From positions 1 to 64,000 of the forward strand of contig JBBRLQ010000002.1 in the NCBI GenBank assembly GCA_038231275.1: 64,000 nt of DNA. Reading direction: 5' to 3'. Positions 54,432 to 64,000 of the stretch are shown in pieces; the stretch's first letter is position 1, and every line of letters begins with the position of its first letter. Below the pieces are notes generated by a model. It was given only the letters and a program-made list of their open reading frames with translations, searched no databases and was not told the DNA's origin. The position numbers and the translations under genes were made by a program. The stretch is from Polyangiales bacterium. Its GTDB lineage: Bacteria > Myxococcota_A > Polyangia > Polyangiales > Polyangiaceae.

Positions 54432-57128
54432 TCAGTGCGCGTCCGCCCAGCTAGGGCCTTCGCCGACCTCGACGACGAGCGGCACCGAGAGCTTCATCGC
54501 CGACTCCATCTGCTCCTTGATGCGCCCCATCGCCGATTTGACGTGCGCCTCGGGGACCTCGAACACGAGCTCGTCGTGCACCGTCAGGATCATGCGCGCG
54601 CCGGGCACGACGTCGCCGGCGCCGAGCGTGACCATCGCGACCTTGAGGATGTCGGCGGCGGTCCCCTGGATCGGGGTGTTCTTGGCGATGCGCTCCGCCT
54701 CGAAGCGAAGCCCGCGGTTCGGCGAGTGCAGGTTGGGCAAGAAGCGACGGCGCCCGAGGAGCGTGCGCACCGCCTCGCCGCGCTTCGCCTGCTCGACCGT
54801 CTTCTCGAGGAAGCGCGCGACGCCGCGGTAGCGATCGAAATACGCCTCGATGAATTTCGCCGCCTCGTCGCGTGAGGTGCCGATCTGCTTGGCGAGCGCG
54901 GAGTCCCCCATCCCGTAGATGACGCCGAAGTTGATCGCCTTCACCTTCCCGCGCATCTCGCGCGTCACTGCGGTCTTGGGGACGTTGAAGACGAGCGACG
55001 CGGTGTGCGTGTGCACGTCGTCGCCGGTGGTGAACGCCTCGATGAGCTGCGCGTCGCCCGCCAGATGCGCGAGGATCCTCAGCTCGATCTGCGAATAATC
55101 GGCGCTCACGATGCGGTGCCCCGGCGGCGCGACGAACGCCGCGCGGATCTCGCGGCCGACCTCGGTGCGAATGGGGATGTTCTGGAGGTTGGGGTCGCTC
55201 GACGACAGGCGCCCGGTCGCCGCGACCGCCTGATCGTAGCGCGTGTGGATCCGGCCGGTCCTCGGGTTCACGCAGCGCGGGAGCGCGTCGAGGTACGTGC
55301 CCTTCAGCTTGTCGAGCTCGCGGTACTGGACGATGACCTTCGGAAGCGGGTGCTCGTCGGCCAGCACCTCGAGGACCTCGGCGTCGGTGGAGCGACCTCC
55401 CTTGGGTGTGCGCTTCACGACGCGCAGCTTGAGCTCGTCGAACAGGAGTTGCTCCAGCTGATCGCGCGAGCGGATCGCGAAGTCACGCCCCGCGTGCTTC
55501 TTCGCCTCGGCCTCCAGATCGCGCAGCTCGATCTCGAGGCGCTTGCTCACGGTCTCGAGGACCTTCACGTCCACGAGCACGCCCGCTTCTTCCATCTTGG
55601 CGAGCACGCGCAAGAGCGGCAGCTCCACGTCGCGGAAAAGCAGCCCGAGCCCGTCGTTGTCGATGCGCGGCCCGAAGCGCCCCGCCAACGTGACCGCGAT
55701 CTCGGCGTCGGCGGAGGCGAGCTGCGTGGCGCGCTCGACGTCGAGCTCCTCGAACGGCCCCTGCGCCGCGCGCACCTTCGCGGTTCCGTCGTCGAAGCGA
55801 TCGATGGTCAGGTTCAGCTCGCGCCGCGCCAGCTCCTTCAGCGCGATCGGCGAGTCGGGGTCGAGGAGGTAGTTCGCGAGCGTCGTGTCGAAGATCGGCC
55901 CCGCGATCGGCGCGCCGTGCAAATCGAGGACGATCTCCGAATATTTGAGGCCATGGCCGACCTTGGTGACCTTGGCGTCGGCGAGCACCGGCGCGAGCGC
56001 ATCCTTTACCGTGGCCCAATCGAGCTGCTTCGGCGCGCCGAGGTAACGGTGCGAGAGCGGAACATAGAGCCCCTCGCCGGACACGGTCGACAGCGCGACG
56101 CCGAGGATCTCCGCGCGCGACGCCTCGGTGCTCGTGCCCATCACGGCGACGCCGAGGGTCCCTGTGGTGCGCGCCCGGTCCATCGCCGCGTCGAGCGCCG
56201 CCGCGTCGAGGATCGTGGTGGTCGTGCGCGTGACCTTCACCTCGGGCTTCACCGTGTCGAGCAGGCGCGTGAACTCGAGCTCGGTGAAGAGGCGCCGCAG
56301 CTCGTCGACGTTCGCGCCGCCGTATTTCAGGTGCGACAGATCGAACGCGACGTCGAGATCGCGCCGCAGCGTGACGAGCCTCTGCGAGACGCGCGCGTCC
56401 GCCTCGTGGGCCGCCAGCGTCTCGCGGAGCTTGGGGCGCTTCACCTTGGCGATGTTCGCGAGGATCTCCTCGAGCGTCCCGAACTCGTTCAGCAGATCCG
56501 CGGCGGTCTTAGGCCCCACGCTTGGCACGCCGGGCACGTTGTCGGACGTGTCGCCGGTGAGCGCGAGTAGATCGCGCAACTTGCTCGGCGCCACTCCGAA
56601 CTTCGCGCGCACTTCTTCGGGCCCGTAGACTTTGTCGCGCATGGAGTCCCAAAGGACGACGTCGTCGTCGTCGTCGTGGACCAGCTGCATCAAGTCCTTG
56701 TCGGCGCTGACGATGACGACCTTGAGCGCGTTCTTCTCTGCGAGCGCGACGGCGCACGCGATGAGATCGTCCGCCTCCACGGCGTCCATCTTGTGGATAG
56801 GGATGTTGTAGGCGCGCACGATCTCCTCCGCGCGCGCCATCTGCGGGCTCAGATCCGGCGGCGGCGCAGGGCGGGTCGCCTTGTACCGCGCGTCGATCTC
56901 TTTCCGGAAGCTCTGCCCGCGCGAGTCCATCGCCACCGCGAGCATGTGCGGCTTCCGCTCGTTCACCACCTTCTGGAGCATGTTCACGGTGCCCAGGACG
57001 GCGTGCGTCGGCTCACCTTTGGATGAGGAGAGCGGCGCGATGGCGTGGTACGCGCGGAACACGTAACCCGACAGATCGATCAGGTAGAGGACGTTCTCGG
57101 CGCCTGCGGGGGGGAGGGACGCTGCCAT
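54432..57128 (-). CDS. polA: DNA polymerase I
   Basis: 5'-3' exonuclease (RAYHA, EADD, GDTSDNVPGV), TGRLSSSDPNLQNIP, ADYSQIELR, KAINFGVIYG, VHDELVFE. Confidence 0.98.
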   Translation of the reverse strand: MAASLPPAGAENVLYLIDLSGYVFRAYHAIAPLSSSKGEPTHAVLGTVNMLQKVVNERKPHMLAVAMDSRGQSFRKEIDARYKATRPAPPPDLSPQMARAEEIVRAYNIPIHKMDAVEADDLIACAVALAEKNALKVVIVSADKDLMQLVHDDDDDVVLWDSMRDKVYGPEEVRAKFGVAPSKLRDLLALTGDTSDNVPGVPSVGPKTAADLLNEFGTLEEILANIAKVKRPKLRETLAAHEADARVSQRLVTLRRDLDVAFDLSHLKYGGANVDELRRLFTELEFTRLLDTVKPEVKVTRTTTTILDAAALDAAMDRARTTGTLGVAVMGTSTEASRAEILGVALSTVSGEGLYVPLSHRYLGAPKQLDWATVKDALAPVLADAKVTKVGHGLKYSEIVLDLHGAPIAGPIFDTTLANYLLDPDSPIALKELARRELNLTIDRFDDGTAKVRAAQGPFEELDVERATQLASADAEIAVTLAGRFGPRIDNDGLGLLFRDVELPLLRVLAKMEEAGVLVDVKVLETVSKRLEIELRDLEAEAKKHAGRDFAIRSRDQLEQLLFDELKLRVVKRTPKGGRSTDAEVLEVLADEHPLPKVIVQYRELDKLKGTYLDALPRCVNPRTGRIHTRYDQAVAATGRLSSSDPNLQNIPIRTEVGREIRAAFVAPPGHRIVSADYSQIELRILAHLAGDAQLIEAFTTGDDVHTHTASLVFNVPKTAVTREMRGKVKAINFGVIYGMGDSALAKQIGTSRDEAAKFIEAYFDRYRGVARFLEKTVEQAKRGEAVRTLLGRRRFLPNLHSPNRGLRFEAERIAKNTPIQGTAADILKVAMVTLGAGDVVPGARMILTVHDELVFEVPEAHVKSAMGRIKEQMESAMKLSVPLVVEVGEGPSWADAH

Positions 57129-57335
57129 CGGAGACGGTCCTAGTCCGATCGCTCGGGCCTGTCGACGCCGCGCGTGACCCCGCGAAGCCGTTCCGGTTTT
57201 CCGCCTTTTACCGCAGCTTGCCGGGGGCCCTCCCCCACGATACGCTCGTGAGGATAGTTTCTTGGAATGCGCGGGGCTCTCCCTGCGTCGAACGGTCCGA
57301 CGAAGGCCTAGGGTCTTCGGGGGTAATTTCTAGTG

Positions 57336-58922
57336 ATGCAGAACGAGCCGCCGCCGAGCCTGGGCCTGATCGCTGGCAAGTACCAGCTGGTCGGGATGAT
57401 CGGCCGCGGCGGCATGGGCAGCGTGTGGGAAGGCCGCCACGCGAGCCTCGGCACGCGCGTCGCGATCAAATTCATCGAGAGCGACTACGCGAACAGCCAA
57501 GAGGCGCGCCAGCGCTTCGACAACGAGGCGCACGCGGCCGCGCGCATCCAGAGCAAGCACGCGATCCAGATCTTCGATCACGGCGTCACCGACGACGGCA
57601 AGCCGTACATCGTCATGGAGTTTCTCTCGGGCGAGCCGCTCGACAAGCGCGTCGATCGCCTCGGCCGTCTCTCGCTGCAGGAGACGGCGCGCATCCTCCA
57701 GCAAGTGTGCCGCGGCCTCGCGCGCGCGCACGAGCAGGGCGTCATCCACCGCGACTTGAAGCCCGAGAACATCTTCCTCGTCCGCTCGATGGACGACGAC
57801 GAGGAGATCGCGAAGGTCCTCGACTTCGGCATCGCGAAGATGAAGGGGCCGCCGGGATCGACGCCAGGCGGGAGCGGCGGCGTCTCGTCGAGCACGAAGA
57901 CCGGCTCGGTCCTCGGCACCCCGTTCTACATGTCGCCCGAGCAAGCGCGCGGCCTCAAGATCGTCGATCACCGCACGGACGTCTGGTCGCTCGGGATCAT
58001 CGCCTACAAATGCGTGACCGGCGTCCTCCCGTTCGAAGGGGAGAGCGTCGGCGATCTGCTCGTGAAGATCTGCACGTCGCCGCTGCCGGTGCCGTCGCAG
58101 TTCCTTCCGGGGCTCCCGCAGGCCTTCGATCAATGGTTCTCGCGCGCGCTCGATCGTGATCCGGAGCGTCGGTTCGCGTCCGTGCAAGAGCTGTCGGACG
58201 CGCTCGCCTACGCCGCCGGGATCACCGTGCGCCGCGGCGCCGGCGCGGCAGAAGCTCCGGCCGCACCGACCGCGTACGCCGCGACCGCGGCGGGGGCGGC
58301 GCCGGATTTCCTCGGTCGTCCTGGCTACACGCCGGGCGGCAACGGCACGCCTCGCCCGCGCTCCCAGCCACCGGGCGCGATGAACGCCGGCAGCGGGAGC
58401 GGAAACGGCGCGCTGGCGCAAGCGAGCTCGGGCCCCTACGCGCAGCAACCGGGCTCCGCAACGAGCGCGCCGTTCACGGCGTCCGCGCACGCGCCCGCGT
58501 CGTCGGGCCGTGGCGCGACGATCATGTGGTCCATCCTCGCCGCGGTCGTCGCGCTCGGCGTGAGCGGCGTCATCGTGCTCAAGGTGATGCCCGCGCGCGG
58601 CGGCGCGAGCAGCGGTGGTGCGACGCCTCCAGTGAGCGCGATCGCGACTTCGGGCGTGCAGCAGATTCCGCCGGTGCCGACGACGCCGGCCGTTCCGGTA
58701 GTACCAACCTCCGCCGCGGTCGCCGACGCCGATGGCGGATCGCTCGCCGCGATCGTGTCGCCTCCCCCTCCGATCCCGAAGCCCGGCGGTCACGGCCGCG
58801 GCAAGCCGCCCCCGCCGATTCCGCCGAAGCCCGGCGGCGGGTCGGTCGCGCCTCCTCCCCTTCCTCCGCCGCCCGCGCCGGGCACCGCGAAGCCCCCGAC
58901 GGATCCGGGACCTGGCTACTGA
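57336..58922 (+). CDS. Ser/Thr protein kinase with TM and Pro-rich tail
   Basis: IGRGGMGSVW, VAIK, HRDLKPEN, DFG, YMSPEQ; ends TDPGPGY. Confidence 0.97.
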   Translation: MQNEPPPSLGLIAGKYQLVGMIGRGGMGSVWEGRHASLGTRVAIKFIESDYANSQEARQRFDNEAHAAARIQSKHAIQIFDHGVTDDGKPYIVMEFLSGEPLDKRVDRLGRLSLQETARILQQVCRGLARAHEQGVIHRDLKPENIFLVRSMDDDEEIAKVLDFGIAKMKGPPGSTPGGSGGVSSSTKTGSVLGTPFYMSPEQARGLKIVDHRTDVWSLGIIAYKCVTGVLPFEGESVGDLLVKICTSPLPVPSQFLPGLPQAFDQWFSRALDRDPERRFASVQELSDALAYAAGITVRRGAGAAEAPAAPTAYAATAAGAAPDFLGRPGYTPGGNGTPRPRSQPPGAMNAGSGSGNGALAQASSGPYAQQPGSATSAPFTASAHAPASSGRGATIMWSILAAVVALGVSGVIVLKVMPARGGASSGGATPPVSAIATSGVQQIPPVPTTPAVPVVPTSAAVADADGGSLAAIVSPPPPIPKPGGHGRGKPPPPIPPKPGGGSVAPPPLPPPPAPGTAKPPTDPGPGY

Positions 58923-59011
58923 CCCGGCGGATGTCGGCCTTCCGCGGCCGACGACTTCCGCGCGAAGAATGATGTAGGCTCGGGCCTCGTCCATTGGATC
59001 GAGGGCTGGAT

Positions 59012-60412
59012 ATGCGGAACCTTCTCTTCTCGTATGGCGTCGGGCTTCTTCTCCTCACGGCCTCTCCTTTCGTCACGGAGGTCGCGCACGCGCAGGTCTC
59101 GGACGGCGATCGCGCCGCGGCGCGCGAGCTGTTCTTCGACGGCGTGAAGCTGCAGCAGGACGGGAAATTCCCGGACGCGCTCGATCGCTTCACGCGCGCC
59201 CAGCGTGTCTTCAGCGCGCCAACGCACCTCCTCCACATCGCCGAATGCCAAGTCGCCACCGGCCAGCTCGTCGAAGGCGCGGAGACGTACCGTACGCTCG
59301 TGCGAACCGCGCTCCCCCAGGGCTCGCCGGCCGCGTTCACACAGGCGCGCGATCAGGGCGCGGCCGAGCTCGCGCAGGTCGAGCCGCGCATCCCGTCGGT
59401 GAAGATCGACGTCACGCCGCAGAACGTCGCCAACCTCCAGGTCCAGATCGACGGCGCCGCCATGAACACCGCGCTCGTCGGCGTGTCGCGCCCGATCAAC
59501 CCGGGCACGCACAAGATCGCCGTCTTCGCCCCCGGCTACGCGAAGCAGGAAGCGACCGTCGCGGTGAAGGAGCGCGAGGCGAAGTCCGTCCCGATCTCGC
59601 TCCAAGCGCAGGGAGGCGTCGTGTATGCGCCCGCGCCGGTGCCTCCGCCGGTGACGACCGGCGAGCCGCCGCCCGCCAACCCGCCGCCGCCGACGCCGCC
59701 CGGCCAAGACGCCACGTGGCAGACCGAGCAGAAGCCGTCGCAGATGGGCCTCATGCTCGGCGTGCGCCTCGGCGTGATGTTCCCCACCGGGACGCTCCTC
59801 AAGCAAAACACCGTGAGCTCGACCTCGGTCGGCACGAGCGACGTCGCCATGAGCGACGTCGCCACCACGGGAGGCGCCGGCGCGATCGAAGGCGGCCTCC
59901 GCTTCGCGCGAAGGTTCTACATCGGCATCGGCTTCGAGCACGGCTTCTACGGCAAGGGCGACAAGGTCGGCGACTTCAACGGGACCGCGGGCGCGGCCGG
60001 CACGTCGTCGACGACGGTGGCGAGCAACCTCGTCGATCTCCGCGTCGCCCTCATCACCAACCCCGAAGGCGTCGGCTTCTACGGAGAGCTCGGCCTCGGA
60101 TACCGGTGGCTCAGCCTCAGCAACGACTTCACCAGCGGCGCGCTCAGCGCGTCGACGACGCAGGTCGCCAGCGGAGGAGAGTTCGAGGCCGGCGCCGGCA
60201 TCCACATCCGCGCCGGAAAATCGCTCCGCATCATCCCGAAGGTGAGCTTCGGCCTCGGCGCCTTCAACAAGCTCTCGCAGACCTGCACCGCGAGCGGCGG
60301 CGCCGTGTGCAATGGCGGCGACACGACGACCGACATCCAGAACACCGGCTTTCACACGTTCGTGTTCCTCGGCCTCGGCGGCTACTTCAACATCGACTTC
60401 GATAAGAAATGA
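59012..60412 (+). CDS. TPR + PEGA + probable outer-membrane beta-barrel protein
   Basis: Signal peptide AHA-Q; AARELFFDG TPR; INPGTHKI PEGA; alternating beta-strands ending GGYFNIDF. Confidence 0.85.
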   Translation: MRNLLFSYGVGLLLLTASPFVTEVAHAQVSDGDRAAARELFFDGVKLQQDGKFPDALDRFTRAQRVFSAPTHLLHIAECQVATGQLVEGAETYRTLVRTALPQGSPAAFTQARDQGAAELAQVEPRIPSVKIDVTPQNVANLQVQIDGAAMNTALVGVSRPINPGTHKIAVFAPGYAKQEATVAVKEREAKSVPISLQAQGGVVYAPAPVPPPVTTGEPPPANPPPPTPPGQDATWQTEQKPSQMGLMLGVRLGVMFPTGTLLKQNTVSSTSVGTSDVAMSDVATTGGAGAIEGGLRFARRFYIGIGFEHGFYGKGDKVGDFNGTAGAAGTSSTTVASNLVDLRVALITNPEGVGFYGELGLGYRWLSLSNDFTSGALSASTTQVASGGEFEAGAGIHIRAGKSLRIIPKVSFGLGAFNKLSQTCTASGGAVCNGGDTTTDIQNTGFHTFVFLGLGGYFNIDFDKK

Positions 60413-60516
60413 CGCCCTACGAGCGCGGCCCTATCCGCGACCTTCGGAACAAGTTGGTGCAACGAATTACAAGTAGGTGACAATGGTGGGAGAGGTGGGT
60501 GCCAACCTCTCTCGTC

Positions 60517-62085
60517 ATGCACGTCGCCCTTTGCGTGGCCTACTTCGCAGTCCTCCTCTTGCTCGCGATGTACGGCCTGCACCGGTCGCACCTCGTCTTC
60601 ACGTGCTGGCGCCTCTCGCGCCGCCTGAAGGCAATGCAAGACAGCGCGCCACCACTCGCCGAAGGGGAGATGCGTGAGGATCTGCCGATCGTCACGATCC
60701 AGCTCCCCCTCTACAACGAGGCGACGGTCGCGACCCGCCTCATCGACTACGTCGCTCGCATCGAGTACCCGCGCACGCGCCTCGAGATTCAGGTGCTCGA
60801 CGACTCGACCGACGAGACCGGCTCGATCGTCCGCGCGCACCTCGCCAAGATCCACGAGACGATGCCCGAGGTCGACATCGTCTACATCCACCGCACCGAT
60901 CGCACGGGCTACAAGGCCGGCGCGCTCGACGCGGGCCTGAAGGTCGCCAAGGGTGAGCTCCTCGCCGTCTTCGACGCGGACTTCCTCCCGCAGCCGGATT
61001 TCCTCCGCAAGCTCGTCCCGCACTTCGTCGGCGACTCGAGCATCGGCATGGTGCAAGCGCGCTGGGGCCACCTGAACCGCGAGCACTCGCTGCTCACGCG
61101 CACGCAGGCCCTCATGCTCGATGGTCACCACCTCGTCGAGAACCGCGCGCGCGCGGCGGCCGGCTGGCTCTTCAACTTCTCGGGCACCGGCGGCATGTGG
61201 CGCAAGAAGGCGATCGAGACGAGCGGCGGCTGGCAGCACGACACGCTCACGGAAGATCTGGATCTCTCCTACCGCGCGCAAATGGCCGGCTGGAAGTTCA
61301 TCTACCGCGAGGACGTCGTCACCCCGGCCGAGCTGCCGGAGGACGTGAGCGCCTTCCGCGCGCAGCAGTACCGCTGGGCGAAGGGCACCGTGCAGACGTC
61401 GCGCAAGCTGATGAAGCGCGTGATGCTGTCGCCGCTCTCGCTGTCGCAGCGCCTCGAGGCGTTCTTCCACCTGACGCCGCACTTCGCGTACCCGCTCATG
61501 GTCATCCTGAGCGTGCTGCTCTTGCCGGCGCTCATCCTCATGCCGGCGACGAATCCGCAGACGATGCTGCTCATCGATCTCCCGCTCTGCATCGGCACGA
61601 CCGGCTCGCTCGCCGCGTTCTACGCGATGGCCGAGGCCGCGCAGGGCCGCAGCCGCATGGGCGCGATTCGCCAGCTCCCCGCGCTCCTCGCGCTCGGCGC
61701 CGGGCTCGCGCCGCACCTGACCCGCGCGGTGTTCGACGGCCTCGGCTCGATGGCGGGCGAGTTCGTGCGCACCCCGAAGGCGGGTGTCCTCTCCTCGGCC
61801 GGCGGCGGCATCCAGCGGTACCGCGCGCGCGCCGACCTGCCGATGACTGAGATCGCACTCTGCCTCGTGTCGTTTGCGAGCACCGTCGCGTCGCTCGAGA
61901 CGGGCCATTGGTTCGCCACGCCGTTCGCGATGCTCTTCACGTTCGGCTACGGGTACGTCGCCTCGCTCGTCGCGAGCGAGCAGTTCGCGCGCCGCCGCGC
62001 TGCAGAGGCCGCGCTGGCCCCCGCCGCAGACAGCGTTCCCCCGCCCGCGCCGAGCGCCGAGGACGTCGAGAACCTGGCCGCCTGA
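60517..62085 (+). CDS. GT2 cellulose-synthase-like glycosyltransferase
   Basis: QLPLYNE, LDDSTD, GYKAGAL, FDADF, TEDLD, QQYRW (D,D,D,QxxRW). Confidence 0.95.
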   Translation: MHVALCVAYFAVLLLLAMYGLHRSHLVFTCWRLSRRLKAMQDSAPPLAEGEMREDLPIVTIQLPLYNEATVATRLIDYVARIEYPRTRLEIQVLDDSTDETGSIVRAHLAKIHETMPEVDIVYIHRTDRTGYKAGALDAGLKVAKGELLAVFDADFLPQPDFLRKLVPHFVGDSSIGMVQARWGHLNREHSLLTRTQALMLDGHHLVENRARAAAGWLFNFSGTGGMWRKKAIETSGGWQHDTLTEDLDLSYRAQMAGWKFIYREDVVTPAELPEDVSAFRAQQYRWAKGTVQTSRKLMKRVMLSPLSLSQRLEAFFHLTPHFAYPLMVILSVLLLPALILMPATNPQTMLLIDLPLCIGTTGSLAAFYAMAEAAQGRSRMGAIRQLPALLALGAGLAPHLTRAVFDGLGSMAGEFVRTPKAGVLSSAGGGIQRYRARADLPMTEIALCLVSFASTVASLETGHWFATPFAMLFTFGYGYVASLVASEQFARRRAAEAALAPAADSVPPPAPSAEDVENLAA

Positions 62086-62089
62086 AAGC

Positions 62090-62123
62090 CGGCCTGACAC
62101 CCGGCCCGACAGGCGGCCCGACA
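62090..62123 (+). repeat. Three direct repeats CGGCC(T/C)GACA with 12-bp period upstream of ihfA
   Basis: Copies at 62090, 62102 and 62114. Confidence 0.7.
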
Positions 62124-62239
62124 GCCCCCCTAACAAAAGTGCACATTTTGGGTGCATCGTTCCCAAATAGGCGTTTACTATCGGCTTCATGCGGGCGCAC
62201 TAGGGGTGCGCGCGCACCTGAGGGAGGCGGCGGGCGCTC

Positions 62240-62641
62240 ATGACCAAGGCAGAGATCGTCCAGGCGCTCTACACGCGTGTAGGGGGCTTCTCGAAGAAGG
62301 AGTCCGCGGACATCGTCGATCTCGTCTTCGAGATGATGAAAGAGACGCTCGGACGCGGCGAGAAGATCAAGATCAGCGGGTTCGGCAACTTCGTCCTGCG
62401 GGACAAGCGCCAGCGCCCGGGACGGAACCCGCAGACGGGCGATCCGATCAAGATCAGCGAGCGCCGCGTGCTCACCTTCAAGGCGAGTCAGATCCTGAAG
62501 CAGGCGCTCAATCCGCGAAACGGCCAAGCTGCCGCGGGCGCCACGGCAACCCCGAACGGACAGCAGGCGGCGGCACCGGCCGCAGCCGCCGGCTCGCCCG
62601 GCGCGCCGGCCGGCGATCCTCTCACCGGCGTCAAAGAGTAG
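62240..62641 (+). CDS. ihfA: Integration host factor alpha subunit
   Basis: MTKAEI, KISGFGNF.LRDK..RPGRNPQTG, RRVLTFKASQ.LK; followed by a MerR gene as usual. Confidence 0.95.
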   Translation: MTKAEIVQALYTRVGGFSKKESADIVDLVFEMMKETLGRGEKIKISGFGNFVLRDKRQRPGRNPQTGDPIKISERRVLTFKASQILKQALNPRNGQAAAGATATPNGQQAAAPAAAAGSPGAPAGDPLTGVKE

Positions 62642-62653
62642 TCCTCCGGCGCG

Positions 62654-63151
62654 ATGACCTCGTCGGGTGGATCAGGGCGCGGAAGTCTCCCGCCCAAGCT
62701 GTATTTTCGGATCGGTGAGGTCGCGGGCCTCGTCGGCGTGGAGCCTCACGTCCTCAGGTACTGGGAGCGGGAGTTTCGGAGCATCCGCCCCACGAAGAGC
62801 GCGAAGGGGCAGCGCGTCTATTCGCGCCGCGACGTCGAGAACCTGCTGCGCGTCCGCGATCTCCTCTATTCGGAGGGGTTCACGATCGCCGGTGCCAAGA
62901 AGCGCCTGCTCCGCTCGGGAGTGGAGCCGAGCGCGCAGGGATCCGCCGCCGGCGCGTCGGTGCAAACGAGCGCGGCTCCCAGCGCGGTGACGAGCATGAC
63001 GAGCGCGCCGAGCCCGACGTCGACCACCGCCACCAAGCCCAGCACCGCTCCGGCGTCGGGGCCGGTGGGGCCAGGCGACGGGCGCGTGCACGAGAAGCTG
63101 AGCGCGCTGCGCTCCGAGGTCGAGGCGTTCCTGAAGGAGCTCGGCGGCTGA
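62654..63151 (+). CDS. MerR-family transcriptional regulator
   Basis: [36 protein letters not shown]. Confidence 0.93.
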   Translation: MTSSGGSGRGSLPPKLYFRIGEVAGLVGVEPHVLRYWEREFRSIRPTKSAKGQRVYSRRDVENLLRVRDLLYSEGFTIAGAKKRLLRSGVEPSAQGSAAGASVQTSAAPSAVTSMTSAPSPTSTTATKPSTAPASGPVGPGDGRVHEKLSALRSEVEAFLKELGG

Positions 63152-63366
63152 CCGAGGCGGGCGGAGCTGCAGGAGCCGCCGGATCCGCGCCGGGCCCCGA
63201 CTTCATCACCGAGGGGGCGATCGCGCCGCCCGACATTTCAGCGTCGCCTCGGCTCTCGATCCCGATCTGGTCGTCGTGGCGCACGAAGGACGGCGACGCC
63301 GCGTTCGTAGTCGCATGCTTCGACACGAAGACGGGCGGTTGGTCGCCCGACGCCGACGAGCTCGCG

Positions 63367-63783
63367 ATGGACAAGCTGGCGGAGACGATCGCCGGCACGT
63401 CGACGCGCGCGATCGGCGCCGGCGATCTGGCCGTGAAGTCGACTGCCCGAGAGGCGGCGACCATCGCGCGAACGTACGAGGGGCGGTCGGGCGCGGCGCG
63501 GTCCGAGCAGGGGTTCGTCGCGGCGGGCGACCCTACGCTCGCGTCGTGCTTTGTCTTGTGCGCGGACAAGAGAGGTCCGCCGCGCTGCGCGAACCAGGTT
63601 GCGACGACGACGACTTCGCGCTCCTTCGTGCCGGCGCCCACGCCCGGCGCCGCGCTCCGCGCGCTCTCGTTCTTGGTCCATCACCCGACCGAGACCGCGT
63701 GGGGAGGCGCCGCGCTCCTCACCACCCTCGCCGCGCTCGCGATCGCGACACGCAAGCGCCCGAAACGCCGACGCTTAAGGTGA
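63367..63783 (+). CDS. Hypothetical membrane protein (start may be further upstream)
   Basis: C-terminal TM followed by a basic tail. Confidence 0.5.
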   Translation: MDKLAETIAGTSTRAIGAGDLAVKSTAREAATIARTYEGRSGAARSEQGFVAAGDPTLASCFVLCADKRGPPRCANQVATTTTSRSFVPAPTPGAALRALSFLVHHPTETAWGGAALLTTLAALAIATRKRPKRRRLR

Positions 63784-63831
63784 ATCGAGCGCTTCCCTTT
63801 CCCCCCATCATCCGTGTTACAAGAGCGCCCG

Positions 63832-64000
63832 ATGCTTTCGCGTTCACGACGCCCTGCACTTCGACTTGGACTTGGGCTCGGTCTCGTCGCCGCCGCGATC
63901 GCGTGGGCGCCGCGTGCATCCGCGCAGCAACCTGCGGATCCGAACGCGCAGCCCTCGTCGCAGCCTTCGCCGCAGCCTTCGCCGCAGCCGCAGCCCCCGC
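63832..64000 (+). CDS. Secreted protein, 5' part only
   Basis: MLSRSRRPALRLGLGLGLVAAAIAWAPRASA-Q signal peptide then PSPQ repeats; runs off the window. Confidence 0.65.
   Translation, partial: MLSRSRRPALRLGLGLGLVAAAIAWAPRASAQQPADPNAQPSSQPSPQPSPQPQPP

Noticed and set aside
54432-57128. PolA with a degenerate 3'-5' exonuclease motif
   Set aside because: Common among bacterial Pol I enzymes; not unusual.
63945-64000. GCAGCCTTCGCC repeats
   Set aside because: They encode a PSPQ low-complexity linker after a signal peptide.

Overview
High-GC bacterial DNA whose gene content (Ser/Thr kinase + TPR-PEGA cassettes, Gly-rich lipoproteins, RpoD-like sigma, ihfA-merR) suggests a myxobacterium, probably Polyangiaceae-like (inference). 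The window has two halves. (1) About 1-30600 is a decayed genomic island abutting the 3' end of tRNA-Gly(GCC) (30618-30692, minus). It has an N-terminally truncated tyrosine integrase next to the tRNA and excisionase/integrase remnants near 2-3 kb. Its cargo is mostly interbacterial-conflict genes: an orphan T6SS-type module with VgrG split into two genes (base and spike), an unknown helical protein, a PAAR-like/DUF6531/Rhs toxin with immunity gene and trailing orphan toxin/immunity remnants; a stand-alone putative NAD-consuming toxin with two tandem paralogous immunity genes; an OmpA/peptidoglycan-binding + hydrolase + FG-GAP lipoprotein operon; a kinase/TPR-PEGA/lipoprotein cassette; and pseudogenes and mosaic fragments. 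A bipartite DNA motif recurs upstream of vgrG and two other island genes. (2) About 30700-64000 looks like core chromosome: VIT1, sigma-70, NHL-repeat lipoprotein, matrixin, dNK, glgX, malQ, an envelope-modification cluster, trypsin-like protease, polA, a second kinase/TPR-PEGA pair, GT2, ihfA and merR. All family calls come from motif recognition by eye; no database searches were run.
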